IMG/VR virus record: IMGVR_UViG_3300042451_000046
Span: 1-34,799 of that record
From: a virus
Taxonomy: Duplodnaviria; Caudoviricetes
Strand: one strand, 5' to 3'
DNA length: 34,799 bases
A program made the translations under genes and the position numbers. This document shows positions 8,410 through 16,568 of this stretch, in pieces. Each line of letters starts with the position of its first letter. Within the stretch, counting starts at the first letter, position 1. Under the pieces are notes generated by a model. The model was not told the DNA's origin. It did no database searches and saw only the letters and a list, made by a program, of their open reading frames with translations.

Positions 8410-9410
8410 TGGCCATCCGTGGCACCAGCAACACGACTACGTCATCTCTGCGGGCTGTAAAGCCGCGAGTTAGCGTCAGTGTCGTAAATGCCAGTGCCAG
8501 CACAGACGCGGTCACTTTAGCGGCTGATGTTGCGTATGCCCAGCTTAACCACAGTGTCAGCTTCGTAGATGCCAAAGTCGCGGTCAGCACGGTAGTTCCA
8601 GCGTCTGAGATTGCCTACATCCTGCTGAACGCAGATGCCCTGTTGGATAGCACTGGAAAGTTCCGCTACGTCCCAGAGATCGTCGTTGTAAGTGACACTG
8701 TCGCGCTTGCAGTTGCCAAGCAGTTCACAGATGCCATAAGCATCGGGGCGACAGCCGATACGTTGACGCTGCAGGTTAGTAAGTCGCTGCAGGATTCTGT
8801 CAGCTTCACTGAGGTATTTACAGCCACGTTGGTGTTTATCCGCTCGTTCGCGGACTCTGTGACGGTTACAGATGCCTCCACGCTCGCGGTTGGCAAAGCG
8901 CTTGCAGACGCAGTGACGTTCAGCGAGACGACGGTACGCGCCTTCATAAAGTCTTTGTCTGACGGCGTGGCTATGAACGACTCGTTCGACTTGGGCGACG
9001 GAGCTGTGTTCTCGTTCACCAAAGGCATAACCAACGTCGTTTTCACAGGCGATGCGCTGGCGTCCAGCTTTGTAAAAGTGCTAACAGACACACAAGCGGT
9101 AAATGACGCGTTGAGCTTCAGCTTCAGCACCAGCTTCAGTGACAGCGCAATTACGACAGACGCGCTTAGCGCCGCAGTGCAAAAGTATCTGACAAGCACG
9201 TTCACTCTGACTGACAGCGCCAGTAAACTGACGTCGAAGTCAGTTACGGTAGATTCGTTTGGGGTCAGCGATGCTATTGTAAATTCGCATAGCAAGCCCT
9301 TTAGCGATATGATAGCGACCACATCTGCTGGCGCTCTTTTGTCGCAGGGGTACTGTGACATCACGTACTTCGCTGAGGACTATGTCGGCGAATCCAGAAC
9401 CTTTTCATAG
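8409..9410 (+). CDS. repetitive Ser/Thr/Asp-rich fibre-like virion protein
   Basis: About 11 degenerate ~18-aa repeats (K-x-[FL]-x-D-[SA]-[VI]...); C-terminal YCDITYFAEDYVG. Confidence 0.7.
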   Translation: MAIRGTSNTTTSSLRAVKPRVSVSVVNASASTDAVTLAADVAYAQLNHSVSFVDAKVAVSTVVPASEIAYILLNADALLDSTGKFRYVPEIVVVSDTVALAVAKQFTDAISIGATADTLTLQVSKSLQDSVSFTEVFTATLVFIRSFADSVTVTDASTLAVGKALADAVTFSETTVRAFIKSLSDGVAMNDSFDLGDGAVFSFTKGITNVVFTGDALASSFVKVLTDTQAVNDALSFSFSTSFSDSAITTDALSAAVQKYLTSTFTLTDSASKLTSKSVTVDSFGVSDAIVNSHSKPFSDMIATTSAGALLSQGYCDITYFAEDYVGESRTFS

Positions 9411-9419
9411 GAGCTTTTC

Positions 9420-9857
9420 ATGCTTAACGATCAGATCAAAATCACCGGCCAAGTGCGCATCGTCGTCACCGGCGCGGACGGCCAAATCAAAGACCAGCGC
9501 GAGATCAAGAACTTGGTTGTTACAACCGGCAAAGGGTTCATTGCAGCCCGCATGGTTGGCACTCCTACAGAGATGAGCCATATGGCACTCGGAGCGTCTA
9601 GCACTGCAGCTGCTGCTGGAGACACTGCACTTGGTTCTGAGCTTGGCCGCGTCGCTTTGGCTTCGGACTCCGCCACTGGCGCGGTCGTGACATACACTGC
9701 GTCGTTCCCAGCTGGCACGGCTACTGGCGCGATTGTCGAGGCCGGTGTGTTCAACGCTTCCAGCTCTGGCACGATGCTGTGCCGCACAGTATTCGCTGTG
9801 GTCAACAAAGGTGCAGACGACGCCATGAGCGTCACTTGGGCTATCACAGTTTCCTGA
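9420..9857 (+). CDS. tail/fibre-associated structural protein
   Basis: KNLVVTTGKGFIAARM..MALG..DTALGSELGR..EAGVFNA..GTMLCR pattern typical of phage tail-fibre base proteins; AGGAG RBS. Confidence 0.7.
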   Translation: MLNDQIKITGQVRIVVTGADGQIKDQREIKNLVVTTGKGFIAARMVGTPTEMSHMALGASSTAAAAGDTALGSELGRVALASDSATGAVVTYTASFPAGTATGAIVEAGVFNASSSGTMLCRTVFAVVNKGADDAMSVTWAITVS

Positions 9858-9869
9858 TAGGGGGCCTTC

Positions 9870-10271
9870 ATGGCTACGATCGTCACCCGCGCTGGTAAGG
9901 GGTCTCCGCTGACCAACGCGGAGGTCGATGCCAACTTCACAAATCTCAACGACGACAAAGTTGAGCAGACTTCTACGACCGGCTCAGCCAAGATACCAGC
10001 AGGTACTGAGGCTCAGCGGGATGGCACTGCAACAGCGGGTATGTTTCGGTTCAACACCGACACTGACTCCTTTGAAGGCCACAACGGCACGGCATGGGGC
10101 GCTGTAGGCGGGGGCAACACTACCACGGCTGGTATGTGGGAAAACTCTGCTTCGATTTCAGAGAACTACGCTATCACAGCAGGCAACAACGCAGTAAGCG
10201 CTGGGCCAGTCACGATCGCAAGCGGCGTAACGGTAACAGTGCCTTCCGGCTCCGTGTGGACCGTGGTGTAA
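9870..10271 (+). CDS. short tail-fibre/connector protein
   Basis: N-terminal TRAGKGSPLTNAEVDANFTNLN anchor, RFNTDTDSFEG repeat, C-terminal SAGPVTIASGVTVTVPSGSVWTVV. Confidence 0.75.
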   Translation: MATIVTRAGKGSPLTNAEVDANFTNLNDDKVEQTSTTGSAKIPAGTEAQRDGTATAGMFRFNTDTDSFEGHNGTAWGAVGGGNTTTAGMWENSASISENYAITAGNNAVSAGPVTIASGVTVTVPSGSVWTVV

Positions 10272-10281
10272 AGGAAAAAAC

Positions 10282-11244
10282 ATGCCAGTGACAATTAACG
10301 GAACAACGGGTATTACCAACGATGGTGGCTACACAGGTGACGGTGTAGTTTTTGCTGACGCCACCCCTGCGAACACGCTGGTAACCACTACTGGCGGCAA
10401 CGTGGGTATTGGGACGAGTTCGCCCGCTTACAAACTGGATGTCGCTGGAGCGTTGCGACTGGGCGCTGGCGCAGACCTGTCTTGGGGAAATACGTATGCC
10501 AACAATGGCCCCACGATTGCAGGCTCTACGGCGTCAGGCTTCTTGGCCTTTTACCCGACCGGCGCGTTAGGCGGGGAACGCGCCCGTATCGACACCAGCG
10601 GTAACTTGCTGGTGGGGACTACGAGTGCCGGAGTTGGTACTGCAACTGGCTTTCGAGTAGTTGGTGTTGCTTCAAACGCAGACCGCGCTGAACTTGGCTC
10701 CGCTGCATCGACTAACTCAGGCATTGGGTGGTCCATGTATTCAACAGGTGCTGGCGCGTACCGTTTCTTTGTGGGTTACGGAGGAACAATTTATGCGACA
10801 AGCACAAGTATCACCGCAATTTCAGACCAAAGCTTAAAAGAAAACATTCGTGATCTTGATACGGGGCTGGCAGAAGTCATGGCGCTCAAACCGCGCCGTT
10901 TTGATTGGAAGCCAGAAATACAGCTTGATGAAACTAATGTCGCTGGTTTTATCGCCCAAGAGGTGGCTGAAGTTTTGCCTGAACTGGTTTATGACTATCA
11001 GTACAACCAAAACACAGTAAAAAAGGGCTTAAAAATGGGCGACATGTTGCCCACACTGGTCAAAGCCATCCAAGAGCAGCAAGCCATCATCACCGATCAG
11101 GACGTCAAGATTGGGCAGCTTGTGGACCAGCTCACCAACGCTGAATCAACCATGAACCTGCTCACCGAGATGTTCACCGAATCACAGCAGACCATCACCG
11201 CTTTGACCGCCCGAGTTGAAGCACCCCAAGGAACCCAACCATGA
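10282..11244 (+). CDS. tail fibre/spike with C-terminal intramolecular chaperone (Peptidase_S74-like)
   Basis: GNVGIGTSSP repeat; SDQSLKENI auto-cleavage motif (~10822), GFIAQEV, LVKAIQEQQ coil. Confidence 0.85.
   Translation: MPVTINGTTGITNDGGYTGDGVVFADATPANTLVTTTGGNVGIGTSSPAYKLDVAGALRLGAGADLSWGNTYANNGPTIAGSTASGFLAFYPTGALGGERARIDTSGNLLVGTTSAGVGTATGFRVVGVASNADRAELGSAASTNSGIGWSMYSTGAGAYRFFVGYGGTIYATSTSITAISDQSLKENIRDLDTGLAEVMALKPRRFDWKPEIQLDETNVAGFIAQEVAEVLPELVYDYQYNQNTVKKGLKMGDMLPTLVKAIQEQQAIITDQDVKIGQLVDQLTNAESTMNLLTEMFTESQQTITALTARVEAPQGTQP
10399..10426 (+). repeat. 28-bp exact direct repeat, copy 1 (copy 2 at 11400-11427)
   Basis: AACGTGGGTATTGGGACGAGTTCGCCCG is identical at both positions. 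Confidence 0.95.
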
Positions 11245-12041
11245 GCACCGTCGTAACCAAAAACGTGCAGGTTGGAACATCTGGAACAGCCGCACAGAAC
11301 TTTACGCTGTACCAGCCCGCCTCCCCTGACGGCACGGTTCGCCTTGCCAACGGCAACAGCGGCACAACTACCGATCTCGTGACGGTGACATCTGCGGGTA
11401 ACGTGGGTATTGGGACGAGTTCGCCCGGCGCAAAACTAATGGCGTATGCCGCTGCTGGCACATCAATTAGCTTAAATAACAGCAGTACAGGGACATCGGC
11501 TAGCTCTGGGTTTCAGCTTCAAACGGGCAGTACGACAGATGCGTACATTTGGAACTACTCCAATGGCCCTTTAGTTATTGCCACAAATAACATAGAACGC
11601 ATACGCGTCAACGCCAACGGCATAGTCGCAACGCCGTTTCAGCCTGCTTTTTACGCGGATGCCTATCCGTACTCGGCAGCGCAAACCAGAACCTCTGGTG
11701 TCGTTTTTAACTCCAGCACCACGGCAAATTTCTCCACGGTTACCAACAACGGCTCTCACTTCAACACAAGCACAGGTCGTTTTACAGCGCCTGTTGCGGG
11801 GCGTTATTTTTTCGTTGGGCAGTATTCTCGAAGCGGAGGGAACGCCACAACTGGTATTCGCGTCAACGGGGGCACTATCTACTCTCAGAATTTGTCTTAT
11901 GGGACTGATTGGCAGACCGGCAGCTCCTCCGCTGTTTTTTCGCTAAATGCAAATGACTATGTGGAATTTATGTACGGAGCAACTAACGCCACCACAACAT
12001 CCTCATACACTGTAAACTTTGGCGGCTACCTTATTGGCTAA
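11241..12041 (+). CDS. adhesin/tail-fibre protein with C-terminal C1q-like domain
   Basis: QPAFYA..HFNTSTGRFTAPVAGRYFF..LNANDYVE..FGGYLIG is the C1q/TNF-like signature; GNVGIGTSSP repeat; ATGA overlap. Confidence 0.85.
   Translation: MSTVVTKNVQVGTSGTAAQNFTLYQPASPDGTVRLANGNSGTTTDLVTVTSAGNVGIGTSSPGAKLMAYAAAGTSISLNNSSTGTSASSGFQLQTGSTTDAYIWNYSNGPLVIATNNIERIRVNANGIVATPFQPAFYADAYPYSAAQTRTSGVVFNSSTTANFSTVTNNGSHFNTSTGRFTAPVAGRYFFVGQYSRSGGNATTGIRVNGGTIYSQNLSYGTDWQTGSSSAVFSLNANDYVEFMYGATNATTTSSYTVNFGGYLIG
11400..11427 (+). repeat. 28-bp exact direct repeat, copy 2
   Basis: Identical to 10399-10426. Confidence 0.95.
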
Positions 12042-12056
12042 CTAAAAGGATTAAGC

Positions 12057-12329
12057 ATGAACTACGTTATCACACTCACTTCCGCTGAAGACGCAGCGCT
12101 ATCGTACATTGCCATGTCACAACAGGACTGGATGGACAACGCTGTTCATGAACGCTGCCGTATCGCCATCGAGGAGATTGTTGCCGTTACGGTGCAGAAA
12201 TGCCTTGAGACCAACACGCAGATTCCCGGCTCAAAAGACGAGATGGTTGAGCTGGCTTTTGCTCAGGGCTGGGTAAAAACAGCAGCGCAGCGTAACGCCG
12301 AGTACGAGGCCGACAGGGTGCTGCCATGA
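12057..12329 (+). CDS. hypothetical protein, possible partner/chaperone of the C1q adhesin
   Basis: 90 aa acidic ORF, AAGGA RBS, overlaps next gene by ATGA. Confidence 0.7.
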   Translation: MNYVITLTSAEDAALSYIAMSQQDWMDNAVHERCRIAIEEIVAVTVQKCLETNTQIPGSKDEMVELAFAQGWVKTAAQRNAEYEADRVLP

Positions 12330-13234
12330 GTACTGTAAAAGTCCGAGGGAACGCCAGCGGCACGGGCGCATTTACGATTGCGTCACCAAACAGCAACACT
12401 GACCGCACAGCAACGCTACCTGACGCAACTGGAACTGTTGCGCTGGCAAGCACCACCGTGGCCGCTGGAAGCTACACAAATGCCAACATTACTGTTGACG
12501 CACAAGGCATTGTTACAGCCGCTTCAAGCGGTGCTGGAGGCGGAGTTTCTTCGATTACAGGGACAGCCAACCAAATTACTGCATCTGCTTCCACGGGCGC
12601 AGTTACTCTGAGTTTGCCGTCTACCATTAACGTCAACACAAGCGGCAACGCGGCAACAGCGACAAACTGCAACAGCGCAAATGCCAAATGGACAAGTGCG
12701 GCTGTAGCGGGCTCGACCACGTCGGGCGGCGTCGTAAGTGCGGAGTTCAAAAACAACGGTGGCACTGGTGATGCAAACGTAGCTGCTATTGGATTCCACT
12801 GTACAGGATCATATGCAATTCACATGCATTTGCGCGCTGACGGATACTTTGGACTTGGCGGTTGGAGTCGTGGAGCATGGTCTTGGTACTCAGCCCCAAA
12901 CGGGGATATGGTAGCCGCTGGAAACGTCTCTGCATACTCAGACGAGCGCCTGAAAAAAGATTGGACTGCGCTACCATCTGACTTTGTTGAACGTCTTTCC
13001 ACCGTCAAAAGCGGTACTTATACCCGTATCGACAGCGGAGAAAGACAAGCAGGCTCGTCTGCCCAAGACTGGCGAAAGCTTTTGAGCGAAGTTGTTACGG
13101 TGGGTGCAGATGACGAAAAAACACTGACCCTCGCTTACGGTAACGCCGCCCTAGTATCTGCTGTTGAGCTTGCAAAACGAGTTGTTGAGCAGGATGCGCG
13201 GATTGCTAAATTAGAAGCCCTGTTGGGGTTGTAA
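12326..13234 (+). CDS. tail fibre with C-terminal intramolecular chaperone (Peptidase_S74-like)
   Basis: TLPDATGTV, AGSYTNANITVDAQG and SGNAATAT fibre motifs; SDERLKKDW cleavage motif (~12938); terminal coil. Confidence 0.85.
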   Translation: MSTVKVRGNASGTGAFTIASPNSNTDRTATLPDATGTVALASTTVAAGSYTNANITVDAQGIVTAASSGAGGGVSSITGTANQITASASTGAVTLSLPSTINVNTSGNAATATNCNSANAKWTSAAVAGSTTSGGVVSAEFKNNGGTGDANVAAIGFHCTGSYAIHMHLRADGYFGLGGWSRGAWSWYSAPNGDMVAAGNVSAYSDERLKKDWTALPSDFVERLSTVKSGTYTRIDSGERQAGSSAQDWRKLLSEVVTVGADDEKTLTLAYGNAALVSAVELAKRVVEQDARIAKLEALLGL

Positions 13235-13651
13235 ATGGGAACCGTCACAGCTTACAACTTAGCCAACGTCCAAGCTGCACTTGGCGGCGCTAACCCCATT
13301 TCCATGAGTGAGTATTACCGTGGAGGCCCTTATGTTCCGACAACGGGAACGACAACTGTCACGGAAGGACCGTTTTACCAACAAAGCGTATATGAATGGT
13401 ATACGTTTTCAAGTTTCCTCGATGTCTACTGGGCTGGCACTTTGGTTTACAGCACATCTAGTCACAGCGGCGCAACAAGTATTGCAGTTGGCTCTACTAC
13501 ATATTTCAGGGGGGCATTTGTAACTAGCTTTTTTGGGCAAAATCGCTACCAAGTAAGCAGGCAATACCCATCAACAATTTCCATCAACACCGGTGTCCCG
13601 GGCAGCGGAACTATTTCACTCAGCCAACTTTTAGGAGCACGAAATCCATGA
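13235..13651 (+). CDS. putative fibre-tip adhesin
   Basis: 138 aa; NPISMSEYYRGG and GTISLSQLLG termini flank an aromatic-rich, AT-richer core; abuts the S74 fibre gene. Confidence 0.6.
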   Translation: MGTVTAYNLANVQAALGGANPISMSEYYRGGPYVPTTGTTTVTEGPFYQQSVYEWYTFSSFLDVYWAGTLVYSTSSHSGATSIAVGSTTYFRGAFVTSFFGQNRYQVSRQYPSTISINTGVPGSGTISLSQLLGARNP

Positions 13652-14031
13652 ACATTCAGTACAAAGTCGTTCAGATCGACACCCACCCAGAAAAGCACGG
13701 ACACCAGCACGTTGTATCCGGCGTACAGTGGCTTATGATTGCAACTCGTAGTGGTTTTGAGTCGATTTCAGTCGCGCATTCTATTTTGCCAGTAGACGAT
13801 CTTTCTCAATTTACACCAGTCGAGCAGCTTACAAAAGAACAACTGATTGCATGGGCCGTAGCGTCTCAAGGCGGTCAGGATTGGATGGATCGAATGATGG
13901 AGCACCACGACATGTGTTTGTCTATGGACGAGGCTCGTGCCGGTACAGTTCCCTACACAGGCCAGCTTTCTTTTGCGCTTGATGCCTATCCTGAAAACAA
14001 TTCATTGCTCGCCGATCCACAACCCGAGTAA
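13648..14031 (+). CDS. hypothetical protein, possible fibre chaperone
   Basis: 127 aa; FTPVEQLTKEQLIAWA motif common next to phage fibre genes; AGGAG RBS. Confidence 0.7.
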   Translation: MNIQYKVVQIDTHPEKHGHQHVVSGVQWLMIATRSGFESISVAHSILPVDDLSQFTPVEQLTKEQLIAWAVASQGGQDWMDRMMEHHDMCLSMDEARAGTVPYTGQLSFALDAYPENNSLLADPQPE

Positions 14032-14034
14032 AAT
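14005..14034 (+). promoter_or_regulatory. possible sigma70-like promoter for the lysis cassette
   Basis: TTGCTC (14005-14010), 18 nt, TAAAAT (14029-14034). Confidence 0.4.
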
Positions 14035-14063
14035 CAGCCAACTTCTTTCAGCCGAGTCGTGAC

Positions 14064-14288
14064 ATGGACAACCAACAGCTCTTCAACCTCGTCGTATCCG
14101 TAGCCGGGTTCTTGGCGATCTATGTCATCAACAACCTGACGCGCACGATCCAGCGGCTGGAAGACAAGGTCAACGAGCTTCCGCACACCTACGTGGCCAA
14201 GGACGACTACCGCTCAGACATCGCTGAGATCAAGTCGATGGTCAAGCAAATTTTTGACAAGCTGGACGGCAAGGCCGATAAGTCATGA
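14064..14288 (+). CDS. single-TM coiled-coil protein (holin/spanin-like, lysis cassette)
   Basis: N-terminal hydrophobic helix, then LPHTYVAKDDYRSDI..IFDKLDGKADK. Confidence 0.75.
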   Translation: MDNQQLFNLVVSVAGFLAIYVINNLTRTIQRLEDKVNELPHTYVAKDDYRSDIAEIKSMVKQIFDKLDGKADKS

Positions 14289-14377
14289 GAGACTTCGCCG
14301 AGGCTCTGGTCGCGGCGATTCTGATTGTCTGCATTGTCGTTTGGACGGTAAAAATTGTAGTTGAGGTGTTGAGATGA
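14285..14377 (+). CDS. 30-aa single-TM microprotein (absent from ORF track)
   Basis: MRDFAEALVAAILIVCIVVWTVKIVVEVLR; ATGA overlaps at both ends and exactly fills the gap between neighbours. Confidence 0.7.
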   Translation: MRDFAEALVAAILIVCIVVWTVKIVVEVLR

Positions 14378-14820
14378 TTGCAGAAATTGCTGCGGCCAAC
14401 GCTGCGTTTGCAGTCATCAAAGGCGCTCTGGCTAACGGCAAGGAGCTGCACCAGCTCGGCTCTCGGGTCTTCGATTACTTCGACAACAAAGCCAAGATTC
14501 AAGAGAAGGCCACCAAGAAGGGTGGCGGCTCCGACATGGAAGAGTTCATGGCGCTGGAGCGACTCAAGCAGCAGGAAGAAGAACTGCGTGAGCGCATGGT
14601 CTACGCTGGCCGTCCGGGCATGTGGGACGACTGGGTCAAGTTCCAAGCCATGGCTGCCCGTAAGCGCAGAGAGGCCAAAGAAGCTGCCGCCCGTGAAGCC
14701 ATCCGGCGCAAGGAGAACCTTGCAAGGCTGACCGAGTACATCGCTATGGGCATGGCGGCAGTTGTCCTTGCTGGACTGATTATTTACGGCATCGTCTTGT
14801 ACATGCTGCACCTAAGATGA
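14374..14820 (+). CDS. coiled-coil protein with C-terminal TM helix
   Basis: 148 aa; charged helical body, hydrophobic C-terminus; GAGG RBS. Confidence 0.75.
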   Translation: MIAEIAAANAAFAVIKGALANGKELHQLGSRVFDYFDNKAKIQEKATKKGGGSDMEEFMALERLKQQEEELRERMVYAGRPGMWDDWVKFQAMAARKRREAKEAAAREAIRRKENLARLTEYIAMGMAAVVLAGLIIYGIVLYMLHLR

Positions 14821-15434
14821 GCGACGAGAAGCTGAACGCCAACTCCACACTCGACAAGGTGCTCGGGTATGTGGACTCGCCGTTCAAGCTGTTTGCCATC
14901 CTCATCATGGGCGTGGTGGCCTTCTCTGGCTACTTCCTGTGGCAGAACCAAGAATTCATGTTTGACGCCTACAAGGAGTCCAAGAAGCTGCCCGAGATCA
15001 ACACTGGCCGCGCAGATGACGCCAGCTCGATGCTGTTCAAGAAGACTGGCGCGACCGTGGTAGCCATCTTCAAGGTCAACCCACTGTTTGGCAGCCGGGT
15101 GCTGTACCGGGCATATACCAAGGACGGGCGGGACAAGTCCGTTGAAGACATTGACGTTGGTCTCTTCAGCCAGAACTCGGCCAACAATGCCGACGTCATC
15201 AAGCTGATGACCAACGAGATTCCCTGCTCCGAGTACCGATACGCCCAGTCCGAGGTGGGACTTTGGTACATCGAGAAGGGGGTGGGGTTTACCTGCCGTG
15301 TGAGCGTGCCACCAGACTCACACCGGTTCGTGGGCCAGATCACCGTAGGATGGGCGCAGCAGCCCGAGAACCTTGAGCAGATAAAATTCATGCTGGAGAT
15401 TGCCAGCGCTATGCTAACCAAAAGGGGTAACTGA
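14817..15434 (+). CDS. single-TM protein with C-terminal GAF-like domain (T4 T-holin-like topology)
   Basis: Short N-terminal amphipathic segment, one TM (FKLFAILIMGVVAFSGYFLW), ~160-aa soluble domain with two Cys ending VGQITVGW plus a helix. Confidence 0.5.
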   Translation: MSDEKLNANSTLDKVLGYVDSPFKLFAILIMGVVAFSGYFLWQNQEFMFDAYKESKKLPEINTGRADDASSMLFKKTGATVVAIFKVNPLFGSRVLYRAYTKDGRDKSVEDIDVGLFSQNSANNADVIKLMTNEIPCSEYRYAQSEVGLWYIEKGVGFTCRVSVPPDSHRFVGQITVGWAQQPENLEQIKFMLEIASAMLTKRGN

Positions 15435-15862
15435 TGTTTCCATTGACCGCATTACTTGAAGTGGGTGGCAAGCTGATTGACAAGCTAGTACCTGATCCAG
15501 AGGCCAAAGCCAAAGCACAGATGGAGTTGGCAAAGATGGCTCAAGACGGTGAGCTTGCAAAGATGGCTAACGACACCAAGTTGTTTGAGACTGAGCAAAA
15601 CAACCTCACAGACCGCTTAAAAGCAGATATGTCATCTGACTCTTGGCTGTCCAAAAACATTCGCCCTATGACCCTCCTGTTGATTCTGGGAGGCTATTTC
15701 ACATTTGCCATGATGAGCGCGTTCGACTACGACACCAACCGCAGCTACGTTGAGCTGCTGGGCCAGTGGGGCATGCTGGTCATGTCCTTCTACTTCGGTG
15801 GCCGCACCCTTGAGAAGATCATGGACATGAAGTCCAACAAACAAGATAAGGAAACCAAATGA
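15434..15862 (+). CDS. holin (GTA/3TM holin-like)
   Basis: KLIDKLVPDPEAKAKA, DMSSDSWLSKNIRPM and FYFGGRTLEK motifs; directly upstream of the endolysin. Confidence 0.8.
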   Translation: MFPLTALLEVGGKLIDKLVPDPEAKAKAQMELAKMAQDGELAKMANDTKLFETEQNNLTDRLKADMSSDSWLSKNIRPMTLLLILGGYFTFAMMSAFDYDTNRSYVELLGQWGMLVMSFYFGGRTLEKIMDMKSNKQDKETK

Positions 15863-16509
15863 TTACAGCTGAACAAGTTGAAAAGCTGGGCCTGTTTGCT
15901 GACTGGCTGGACCCCCTCAACGAGGTATTCGCCCGCTACGAGATCAACACCCCTGAGCGCATGGCAGCGTTTATCGGTCAGTGCGCCCACGAGTCCGGCA
16001 ACTTTAAAGTGTTGCAGGAGAACCTGAACTACAAGGCTGAGGCCTTGATGAAGCTGTTTGGTCGCTCGCGCATCAGTGAAGCCGACTGCATGCGCTTGGG
16101 TCGCCGTGACGACATCAAGCAAAAGGCTGACCAAGACGGTATCGCCAACGTGATCTACGGCGGTGCTTTCGGCCTTAAAAACCTCGGGAACACGGAGTTC
16201 GGCGATGGGGCCAAGTACAAGGGCCGAGGTCTTATCCAGCTGACTGGAAAGGCGAATTACACCCAAGCTGGGGACGCCTTGGGTGCTGACCTGCTAAATT
16301 CTCCTGAACTTGTGAGCCAGCCCAAGTACGCCGCGCTCACCGCTGGCTGGTTCTGGAACCGTGGAAAACTCAACGCCTTTGCAGACGCTGGTGACATCGA
16401 TGGTATGACCAAGAAAATCAACGGCGGAACCATCGGCCTGAACGACCGTATCTTGCACACCAACCAAGCACTTGCGCTCCTGAGCGCTGGCGGGTCAGCC
16501 TACGCGTAA
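15859..16509 (+). CDS. endolysin, glycoside hydrolase family 19 (chitinase-like)
   Basis: AAFIGQCAHESG, ENLNY, DGAKYKGRGLIQLTGKANY, AGWFW and TKKINGGTIGLNDR motifs. Confidence 0.92.
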   Translation: MITAEQVEKLGLFADWLDPLNEVFARYEINTPERMAAFIGQCAHESGNFKVLQENLNYKAEALMKLFGRSRISEADCMRLGRRDDIKQKADQDGIANVIYGGAFGLKNLGNTEFGDGAKYKGRGLIQLTGKANYTQAGDALGADLLNSPELVSQPKYAALTAGWFWNRGKLNAFADAGDIDGMTKKINGGTIGLNDRILHTNQALALLSAGGSAYA

Positions 16510-16513
16510 GCTA

Positions 16514-16542
16514 TTGGCGCTTCGCGCCATGCCCATTACAAT
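16514..16542 (+). promoter_or_regulatory. sigma70-like promoter for fibre/nozzle operon; small hairpin overlaps -35
   Basis: TTGGCG (16514-16519), 17 nt, TACAAT (16537-16542); TGGCGC-TTC-GCGCCA at 16515-16529; AAGGAG RBS downstream. Confidence 0.6.
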
Positions 16543-16568
16543 AGTGCCCAGCACACAAGGAGCAGGCA

